Assembly (NCBI GenBank): GCA_018266755.1
Contig: JAFDZW010000005.1
Location: 967,233 to 1,031,232, forward strand
Length of the DNA: 64,000 bases
Reading direction: 5' to 3'
DNA from: Bacteroidota bacterium
GTDB lineage: Bacteria; Bacteroidota; Ignavibacteria; Palsa-1295
In this document: positions 57,098 through 64,000 of the stretch, piece by piece
How positions within the stretch are numbered: the stretch's first letter is position 1
How the letters are laid out: each line of letters opens with the position of its first letter
The notes under the pieces: model-generated
Databases searched by the model: none
What the model saw: the letters and a program-made list of their open reading frames with translations, nothing else
Told to the model about the DNA's origin: nothing
Program-made: the position numbers and the translations under genes

Positions 57098-58048
57098 ATG
57101 TCAGAAAAGAAAATCATCGTCGTCTTCGGGGCGACTGGCGCACAGGGCGGCGGACTCGTCCGCGCGATCTTGAACGATAGCAATAGCGAATTCTCGGTGC
57201 GCGCCGTTACGCGTGACACCACTTCTCCGAAGGCGCAAGCGATTGCCGCAATGGGCGCAGAACTTGTTGCCGGTGATGTCGATGACATCGCTTCCGTGAA
57301 GAAGGCATTGCAGGGCGCGTACGGAGCGTACTTCGTCACGTTCTTCTGGTCGCACTTCTCGGCAGAGAAAGAGACCGCCGAAGCGAAGGCGCTTGCCGAA
57401 GCCGCGAAGGAAGCCGGCTTGAAGCATGTGATCTGGTCCACGCTCGAAGACGTACGTAAGTTCGTGCCGCTCGCTGACAGCTCGATGCCGACACTGCACG
57501 GCAAGTACAAAGTCCCGCACTTCGACGGCAAAGGCGAAGCCGATCAGTATTTCATCGCAGCGGGCGTCCCGACGACGTTCTTGCTCGCGTCATTCTACTG
57601 GGAGAATCTGATCTACTTCGGTTCGGGTCCGAAGCGTGGTGCCGATGGCAAGCTCGCACTGACTTTCCCGATGGGCAACAAGAAGATGGCGGGCATCGCA
57701 TCCGAGGATATCGGTCGCTGCGCGTACGGCATCTTCAAGAAAGGTCCGTCGATGGCCGGCAAGCGCATCGGTATCGCGGGCGAACATCTGAGCATCGCCG
57801 AGATGGCGACGGCATTGTCGAAGGCGATCGGTGAAGAAGTAGTGTATAACGAAGTCACCCCCGATGTCTATCGCAGCTTCGGCTTCCCGGGTGCGGACGA
57901 TGTCGGCAACATGTTCCAATTCTATCGCGACTTCGAAGAGGTGTGCAACACCACGCGCAATGTCAGCTACTCGAAAGAGCTGAACCCGCAGCTGCAGTCG
58001 TTCGAAACCTGGCTCGCAACCAACGCGAAGAGCATCCCGCTCGACTAA
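57098..58048 (+). CDS. NmrA-like family NAD(P)-binding protein (atypical SDR)
   Basis: 'IIVVFGATGAQGGGLVRAIL' Rossmann motif. Length and 'HFDGKGEADQY' fit NmrA/HSCARG. Confidence 0.8.
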   Translation: MSEKKIIVVFGATGAQGGGLVRAILNDSNSEFSVRAVTRDTTSPKAQAIAAMGAELVAGDVDDIASVKKALQGAYGAYFVTFFWSHFSAEKETAEAKALAEAAKEAGLKHVIWSTLEDVRKFVPLADSSMPTLHGKYKVPHFDGKGEADQYFIAAGVPTTFLLASFYWENLIYFGSGPKRGADGKLALTFPMGNKKMAGIASEDIGRCAYGIFKKGPSMAGKRIGIAGEHLSIAEMATALSKAIGEEVVYNEVTPDVYRSFGFPGADDVGNMFQFYRDFEEVCNTTRNVSYSKELNPQLQSFETWLATNAKSIPLD

Positions 58049-58085
58049 GCGCGAATCTCCGAGGTACGACCAGTACCGCAACCGG

Positions 58086-58127
58086 CCCCTGTCAGCTCGA
58101 TCACCACGAGTGGCAGGGGTTTTGTTT
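58086..58127 (+). terminator. rho-independent terminator after the NmrA-like gene
   Basis: 'cccctg...cagggg' stem followed by 'ttttgttt'. Confidence 0.5.
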
Positions 58128-58168
58128 GGCCGGCGAAATTCAAACCGCCTCCGTCGCAGCACATCCTT

Positions 58169-58371
58169 GAATCAACCACCCCAACCCCGCCTTGAAAAGG
58201 CGGGGCCTCTTGTTATCTTTGCTTACGCAGGTTCATGATTTGCCTACAAGGAGTATTCTGTGCTGCTTGAAGCTAAATGCGATTGCACTTGCGCACTAAA
58301 ATCGTAATTGGCGTAAGCAAAGTAAATTAGATAGCCCCGCCTTTTCAAGGCGGGGTTGGGGTGGTTGATTC
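58169..58371. mobile_element. MITE-like ~203-bp palindromic element, copy 1 (38-bp terminal inverted repeats with an internal 'ccccgcc ttgaaaa ggcgggg' hairpin)
   Basis: Left TIR 58169..58206 'gaatcaaccaccccaaccccgccttgaaaaggcggggc' and its reverse complement at 58334..58371. Inner 12-bp IR 'ctttgcttacgc/gcgtaagcaaag'. A second copy lies 600 bp away. Confidence 0.6.
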
Positions 58372-58383
58372 GTATTTTCGCAC

Positions 58384-58794
58384 ATGCTCCGCCGATTCAA
58401 CAATAACCCGATCAACAAAGACCGCCGTCGCGAGTTACGCTCGAATCCTACGCGCGCGGAATCAGAATTGTGGCACGGACTTCGCAATCATCGCTCCGGG
58501 TACAAATTCCGCCGCCAGCAAGGGCTCGGGCCATTCATCGTGGATTTCTACTGCCCCGCATTTCATCTCGCGGTAGAAGTCGATGGCGCAACGCATGATT
58601 CGCTCGAGCAACAAGAGTACGATTCGCGAAGGAGCGAATACCTGCGTGCAAATGGAATCGACGCCATCCGCTTCACAGACGGCGAAGTGCTGTGGAGCGT
58701 AGATATCTGCGTAGCGAAGATCGCCGAACGGATCGAAGAGATCAAACGAGGACGTGGTGGCACATCGGAATCAACCACCCCAACCCCGCCTTGA
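58384..58794 (+). CDS. DUF559 endonuclease-domain protein (Vsr/PD-(D/E)xK-like)
   Basis: 'LRSNPTRAESELWHGLRNHRSGYKFRRQQGLGPFIVDFYCPAFHLAVEVDGATH' is the DUF559 signature. The last ~9 codons (STTPTPP*) are encoded by the left end of MITE copy 2. Confidence 0.75.
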   Translation: MLRRFNNNPINKDRRRELRSNPTRAESELWHGLRNHRSGYKFRRQQGLGPFIVDFYCPAFHLAVEVDGATHDSLEQQEYDSRRSEYLRANGIDAIRFTDGEVLWSVDICVAKIAERIEEIKRGRGGTSESTTPTPP

Positions 58795-58967
58795 AAAGGC
58801 GGGGCGTCTTATCATCTTCGCTTACGCCGGTTGAAGATATCCGTACATGGAATAGTTATTGCGGCGTACGCTGAACCCAGTTGCACTTGAACACCACATT
58901 CAAAATTGGCGTAAGCAAAGTACATTAGATAGCCCCGCCTTTTCAAGGCGGGGTTGGGGCGGTTGAC
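58768..58967. mobile_element. MITE-like ~200-bp palindromic element, copy 2
   Basis: Same 38-bp TIRs (58768..58805 and 58933..58967) and the same inner 'gcttacgc...attggcgtaagcaaagta.attagata' core as copy 1. Confidence 0.6.
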
Positions 58968-59081
58968 CTCGGCCACCAGAATGAATGCCTGCAATAGACA
59001 GCTGTAATTCTAAAGCTACCCAGCATAATGAGTGCAAAGTAAAAGCCACGTCGTAATCGCTCGGCGAGCTATGAGCAAGAA

Positions 59082-59345
59082 TTGCTGGCGTCGCTGAAGA
59101 ACCCCGACGAAGCGCTCGCATATCTGCGTGTCTCATTTCAGGTCGACGACCCGCGAGTTTTCCTTACCACACTGCGCCGTGTCGCACAAGCCAACGGCGG
59201 TTTCACCGAACTTACCGCCCGCACCGGCCTCAACCGCGAGAACCTCTACCGAACGCACTCCCCCACCGGCAACACGAAGTTCGTCAATATCGAAGCAGTG
59301 CTGCGATCGTTTGGGATGAAGTTGACGGTGGAGAGGGTAAGCTGA
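59082..59345 (+). CDS. HigA-family addiction-module antidote protein (TIGR02684-like), orphan and possibly 5'-truncated
   Basis: 'SLKNPDEALAYLRVSFQVDDPRVFLTTLRRVAQANGGFTELTARTGLNRENLYRTHSPTGNTKF...VLRSFGMKLTV' matches the 'putative addiction module antidote' family. The open frame extends to 59043 with no ATG, and there is no toxin gene upstream. Confidence 0.55.
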   Translation: MLASLKNPDEALAYLRVSFQVDDPRVFLTTLRRVAQANGGFTELTARTGLNRENLYRTHSPTGNTKFVNIEAVLRSFGMKLTVERVS

Positions 59346-59352
59346 TTACGCG

Positions 59353-59436
59353 GACGACATCAGCCTCGATTCTCTCGAACGGATCGCCAAAGCCCTCGGA
59401 GTGGAGATCCAAGTGCTGCTGATGAAGCGAGAGTGA
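59353..59436 (+). pseudogene. C-terminal fragment of an XRE-type HTH protein ('DDISLDSLERIAKALGVEIQVLLMKRE*')
   Basis: 27-codon open stretch with an HTH_3 C-terminal-like sequence, no start codon and no N-terminal part. Confidence 0.3.
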
Positions 59437-59590
59437 GCTTACTTGAGTAATCCCCCAAAAGCCTAGTATGATGCAACTTCGATGCAAAGAGAATGCAAAC
59501 TCTATGTACCGCTAAGTAGTTATAGAACGGTATTGCCAAATAGAGCTACCACTCAAGTAGTAACAAGAATCTCGTTCGGGCACAGCATAG

Positions 59591-60598
59591 ATGGCACAAA
59601 TTAAGTATCTTACCGCTCTAATCCGAGCCCACGTTGAGGGTGATGAGACTACTTTCAGAAGGCTGGTACTTCAATTGGCATCAATCGAAGCGAGTGCCGG
59701 ACATAGTCATGCTGCACAACAGATTAGAGAAGTACTCGACCAAAGTACCACTAAAGTACTCGGACAGCAAACAGGGAAACCCATTCCCTACGTAAATAGC
59801 CCTGGTACTCGTGTCGATCTCTCAGGACTACTTCATGCGAGCAATCGAGAGGAGCGTCTTGGAGATATCGTTCTGGCTCCTGCTACGAGACACACTCTTG
59901 AGCGCGTATTGGAAGAATGGCGTAACAGCTCTCTGTTGGAATCCCACAGCCTAAGGAAACGCAACAAACTCCTTTTAGTCGGACCTCCCGGATGTGGCAA
60001 GACTTTCTCTGCGAGAGTTCTAGCTGGTGAACTGCACCTTCCACTTTTCGTGGTAAGACTAGATGGTCTCATTTCCCGGTTTCTAGGAGAAACGGCCAAC
60101 CATCTTCGGAATATTTTTGAGGCAATGCAATTGACTCCTGGCGTATACCTGTTTGACGAATTCGATGCCATCGGAACAAACCGTGGAGAGGGCAGGGACG
60201 TTGGTGAAATCAGACGAGTATTGAGCGCATTCCTTCTTCTTCTGGAAAACTTCGCGGGCAACAGTCTGATAATCGCTGCTACAAATTATAAGGACTTGCT
60301 GGATCATGCTCTGTTTAGGCGATTCGATGATGTTATTGAGTATCCCCTTCCATCACCACACGATTTGGAATCCCTATTCAAACTTAAGGTCTCCGGTTTC
60401 GTCCATGCTCCGATCGAGTTTCCCGAGCTTGCAAAACTTGCTACCGGTATGAGTTATGCAGATGCTACAAAGTGTGTGATGGAAGCTATGAAGAATACTG
60501 TCATTGCAAAAAAGTCGAAGCTCACCGAATCTTCAATTGTCAACGCAATCCTGGAAAGGAAAGGATTGAAATCTCAGGAACAATATCCCTCCAGCTAG
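59591..60598 (+). CDS. AAA+ ATPase (classical AAA clade). Candidate IetA-like defence ATPase
   Basis: Walker A 'LLVGPPGCGKTF', Walker B 'VYLFDEFDAIG', sensor-1 'IIAATN' and an arginine finger. Lower G+C than the flanks. Confidence 0.85.
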   Translation: MAQIKYLTALIRAHVEGDETTFRRLVLQLASIEASAGHSHAAQQIREVLDQSTTKVLGQQTGKPIPYVNSPGTRVDLSGLLHASNREERLGDIVLAPATRHTLERVLEEWRNSSLLESHSLRKRNKLLLVGPPGCGKTFSARVLAGELHLPLFVVRLDGLISRFLGETANHLRNIFEAMQLTPGVYLFDEFDAIGTNRGEGRDVGEIRRVLSAFLLLLENFAGNSLIIAATNYKDLLDHALFRRFDDVIEYPLPSPHDLESLFKLKVSGFVHAPIEFPELAKLATGMSYADATKCVMEAMKNTVIAKKSKLTESSIVNAILERKGLKSQEQYPSS

Positions 60599-60611
60599 TG
60601 ATTACTAGCGA

Positions 60612-63026
60612 ATGGCACGCAGATTTGAGCTAAAACACCTATCCCTTCCCGATCCTCTAAAAGAGGGCTACAAAGCTCCCCAATCCGGTCGGAAGATTGA
60701 AGTTCCTAGTCGTGATCCTGAAACTCACGCATCCGAACTAAGGAGACAATTAAGAGAAATAAAGCGGGATGCCCTTCCAGGGGACAGGATCGTTGCTATC
60801 AAAGGAAGTCCGTCTCTAATTGCCAAGTTGGACTCCCTAACTGATCGATCAAGAGATCAGGAGGTTCTGCAAACGCGACAGAGCGATAATAACAACCTAA
60901 CTGCCATCGTCCGATTTTCGAGGCGTGGAATTGGAAAGTTCGAGCGGAAGCTGGACGCTTACCAATCCGGATCGAACTTGACGACGAAGAAGCCGAAAAA
61001 CAACGATCTATTTGCAAGCATAGAAGGGATTACCCAAGCTCTACTAGAAGACCTGTTCGTTGGCGATCAAACCATTCTCCGGTCCGATCCAGCGATTCCA
61101 CTATGGTGGGAGTTGTGGATTAGGGGTGGAGTATTAGAACCTCAACTAGCCAAACAGGCTCGGACTAAACTCTCCGAACTGGCAGACTCCTTAGATGTCT
61201 CCATCGAAATGGAGAAGAGGATAGTTCTTTCCGAAAGACAGATTTTGCTCGTTGAATTCACACTTGACCAACTGCGATGGTTGGTAGGAGAGTATGAAGA
61301 CATTGCAGAAATTAGAAAGCCGAGTAGGACTGTAGTACAGAGTCTCTCACACGCCAGACACGTGATTGCTGACATTTCTGCACTAGCTAATCGGATTGAA
61401 CCACCTAGTGATCTTATGGCCCCAAGCGTCGCCCTCATCGACACAGGCTTGAACGATGGACATTCGCTGCTAAACAAGATAATTGCGCAGGATGGTCTAT
61501 TTTCAATAGACTCAGCTTCGGAATCGACAAGTGACTCATACCCTACAGGTCATGGAACTCCAGTGGCAGGGGTGGCGGCATACAGTGACCTTGCGGGACT
61601 GATTGGTGGTGGTGGACATGAAAAACTTGACCATTGGATCGAGTCTGTCCGAGTCCCGCGAGACGAGGATGGTTCTTCACGACACCTTTGGGGTGCAACA
61701 ACAAAAGCCGCGATAGATAAGATTGAGCAGGGGCAGCCACGTCAACGAGTTTTCTGCTTGGCATGGGGCGCCGAAACTGACACCCCAACATACAGAACAT
61801 CATGGTCCTCGGAGGTTGACATGCTGGCATACAACCGGGGAAAAGGACGTGTCGTCATGGTTAGCGGTGGTAACCTCCCTGATGGCAGCAACGATCATGG
61901 ACGGATTCAACGCCCGACGGACTATCCACTACGCAACATGACAACCTTTCTACACGACCCTTCATTTGCTCTCAACTGCTTATGTGTCGGGGGATATACT
62001 GAACTCTGTGACATTCTCCCTCCCCGACCGAATCTTGAAGCACTTGCAAAACTCGGGCAGTTATCACCTTTTTCCAGGACCGGCCAAGCTGGAAAACCGA
62101 TCAAACCAGATATTGTCTGTGAAGGCGGAAATCTTGTGTGGGATGGCTATTTCCTAAGCAACAATGAGGATGGACTTAGCATCTTAACGACTAGTGCAGA
62201 TATACAGCGAGGCCCTTTCGAAAATGCATCGGGTACGAGTCCTGCTGTAGCTGCAGGTGCTCGTATTGCGGCCAAGGTGTGGGCCTCCAATACCAAACTG
62301 AGCCCACAATCCATTAGAGGACTAGTTGTGCATTCCGCCTCATGGACCGATGCAATGAACGAGCAATTTCCAGTCAAGGCGGACAGACTTCGTGCATTCG
62401 GATACGGTGTCCCTAATCTTGGGTTCGCGTGCAGAAGCGCAATATCAGCGACCACACTAATATCCGAGGATACAATATTTCTTCGGAAAACCGTCGAAAA
62501 TCGGACCGTTGATGCTAGAGAGGTTTGTTTCTATGATCTTCCGTGGCCAAGACATTTCTTAGAGTCGATCCCAGACACAGAGGTAGAAATTAGAGTCACA
62601 CTATCATACTTTGCTGAACCCAAATCCGGGGATGGCGCAGACTATCAAGGTGCTGCACTTCGATGGCGGATGCAAGGGCCGGTCGAAAAGGAATTGGAGT
62701 TTCTCAAGCGTGTGAATGCATCAAGAAGAGATGACGACGTTTCTACAGGCTTTAGTGATCCAATTCACTGGGAAATCGGTTACCAGTCCCGCAGCAAGGG
62801 TTCGGTGCAGTCTGATCGCTGGGTAACAACGGCTACCCAGCTTGCTGCCTGTGGAAAGATTGCTGTCTTTCCCAAATATGGCTGGTGGGACTATAACCGG
62901 GTCAAACGCCCCCACCAGGAGCTGGCATTTTCTCTTATCGTCTCCGTCACAGCAAAGGACGAGTCTATCGACCTGTATTCAGCGATTGAGAATGAGTTGA
63001 GAATCCCAGTTATTCTTGAAACCTAG
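60612..63026 (+). CDS. S8 subtilisin-like serine peptidase. Candidate IetS-like partner
   Basis: Catalytic triad motifs 'VALIDTGLN' (Asp), 'GHGTPVAGVAAY' (His) and 'GTSPAVAAGA' (Ser). Follows the ATPase with a 13-bp gap. Confidence 0.85.
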   Translation: MARRFELKHLSLPDPLKEGYKAPQSGRKIEVPSRDPETHASELRRQLREIKRDALPGDRIVAIKGSPSLIAKLDSLTDRSRDQEVLQTRQSDNNNLTAIVRFSRRGIGKFERKLDAYQSGSNLTTKKPKNNDLFASIEGITQALLEDLFVGDQTILRSDPAIPLWWELWIRGGVLEPQLAKQARTKLSELADSLDVSIEMEKRIVLSERQILLVEFTLDQLRWLVGEYEDIAEIRKPSRTVVQSLSHARHVIADISALANRIEPPSDLMAPSVALIDTGLNDGHSLLNKIIAQDGLFSIDSASESTSDSYPTGHGTPVAGVAAYSDLAGLIGGGGHEKLDHWIESVRVPRDEDGSSRHLWGATTKAAIDKIEQGQPRQRVFCLAWGAETDTPTYRTSWSSEVDMLAYNRGKGRVVMVSGGNLPDGSNDHGRIQRPTDYPLRNMTTFLHDPSFALNCLCVGGYTELCDILPPRPNLEALAKLGQLSPFSRTGQAGKPIKPDIVCEGGNLVWDGYFLSNNEDGLSILTTSADIQRGPFENASGTSPAVAAGARIAAKVWASNTKLSPQSIRGLVVHSASWTDAMNEQFPVKADRLRAFGYGVPNLGFACRSAISATTLISEDTIFLRKTVENRTVDAREVCFYDLPWPRHFLESIPDTEVEIRVTLSYFAEPKSGDGADYQGAALRWRMQGPVEKELEFLKRVNASRRDDDVSTGFSDPIHWEIGYQSRSKGSVQSDRWVTTATQLAACGKIAVFPKYGWWDYNRVKRPHQELAFSLIVSVTAKDESIDLYSAIENELRIPVILET

Positions 63027-63405
63027 CTCTTATGGTATAACCACGAGTAGCTTAACACAAAGTATGCCTATGCCCTCCATATAATTGCCGTGATATTTCA
63101 AGAATTCCGCCCGGCCGCGGGTGCCTCTTTCATTAACTTTTCAGAAATCGGTGATGGGCACCTTGACAACGGCCGGAAAATTTCGTATCTATGCACCATG
63201 AGAATTGTGCGACAATGGGCACCTACCCATATCTATCAAGAATTCGATCAGGAGCCGGCGGAAGCCGGCTCTTGTGCGTATGGGGGTGGGTGGTGTGTGT
63301 GCACAATCATGTCGTTGATATCAAAGCAGATAAAATGTAAACTAACCGTTTTGGGCACCTCACGTCGCAACCAGGAAAGGCCCCGGTGCGTTTACCCCGC
63401 TCGCT

Positions 63406-64000
63406 ATGCTACTCGATCAGTTACAGTCAATTCACGACAAGTTCGCGGCCATCGAATCCGACCTCGCGGACCCGGCGCTCATGGGCGACCAGAAGCGCAT
63501 GGCAGCGCTTGCACGCGAACGGCGTCAGCTTCTGCCGATCGAGGAGGCGTATCACAAGTATAAGAAGATGACCGACGACCTCGCAGGTGCCCGCGAGGTG
63601 CTGCGCGAGACGCGCGACCCCGAAATGCGCGAGATGGCCGAAGTCGAGATGCATTCGGTCGAAGAAGAGCTTGCGAAATACGATGAGGAGGTGAAGTACC
63701 TTCTCGTGCCGCAAGACCCCGACGACAGCCGCAACTGCATCGTCGAGATCCGCGCCGGCACGGGCGGCGACGAAGCCGCGCTCTTCGCCGGCGACCTCTA
63801 CCGCATGTACATGCGCTACGCCGAGCGGCAAGGTTGGAAGATGGAGACCATCGACTACAACGAGACGGGTCTCAAAGGCTTCAAGGAAGTGTCGTTCTCG
63901 CTCGAGGGCGAGAATGTGTACGGCAAGATGAAATGGGAAGGCGGCGTGCACCGCGTGCAGCGAGTCCCCGAGACCGAACAGCAAGGCCGCATCCATACGA
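63406..64000 (+). CDS. prfA: peptide chain release factor 1 (partial, continues past the window end)
   Basis: Hand translation: '[23 protein letters not shown]...[33 protein letters not shown]...[20 protein letters not shown]' matches RF1. No in-window stop, so it is absent from the ORF track. Confidence 0.85.
   Translation, partial: MLLDQLQSIHDKFAAIESDLADPALMGDQKRMAALARERRQLLPIEEAYHKYKKMTDDLAGAREVLRETRDPEMREMAEVEMHSVEEELAKYDEEVKYLLVPQDPDDSRNCIVEIRAGTGGDEAALFAGDLYRMYMRYAERQGWKMETIDYNETGLKGFKEVSFSLEGENVYGKMKWEGGVHRVQRVPETEQQGRIHT

Noticed and set aside
63090-63996. ORFs 63090..63563 (+) and 63427..63996 (-) near the window end
   Set aside because: The region encodes RF1 (prfA) in another plus-strand frame starting at 63406. 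These ORFs are overlapping or antisense and show low-complexity artefacts

Overview
This is a chromosomal window from a G+C-rich bacterium (roughly 60% by eye). It secretes through the type IX system, since many proteins end in T9SS C-terminal sorting domains, which points to the Bacteroidota/FCB group. Housekeeping genes present are kdsA, kdsD, a UvrD/PcrA helicase, plsC, an aldehyde dehydrogenase, a CFA synthase and prfA (partial at the 3' end).

The first ~44 kb is a cell-envelope neighbourhood. It holds three tandem small OMP beta-barrel paralogs, an L,D-transpeptidase, GT4/GT2/GT9 glycosyltransferases, two Wzx-like flippases, an LptC-like protein and a hicBA toxin-antitoxin pair. It also holds several T9SS cargo proteins with BNR/Asp-box beta-propellers, PKD-domain lipoproteins, an S41 peptidase, a DUF885 putative metallopeptidase and a ZIP transporter.

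From ~44.4 kb the window looks like a defence/accessory island. Its main feature is a tandem array of six full-length paralogs plus one 5' remnant. Each paralog fuses an N-terminal TIR domain (TIR_2-like, 'DIFISYSRxD', with a conserved putative catalytic Glu) to a TolB-N-terminal-like domain and a variable TPR region. Four of the genes are joined by an identical 8-nt start/stop overlap, ATGGCTGA. The array is interrupted by a T9SS-secreted BNR (sialidase-like) gene.

Downstream lie an NmrA-like gene, two copies of a ~200-bp MITE-like palindromic element bracketing a DUF559 endonuclease gene, and an orphan HigA-family antitoxin with no toxin partner. These are followed by a lower-GC AAA+ ATPase and S8 subtilase pair whose domain content matches the described ietAS defence system.

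The TIR–TolB_N–TPR array is the best candidate for a previously undescribed, diversifying sensor-effector (NADase-type) system. No rRNA, tRNA or CRISPR array was found.
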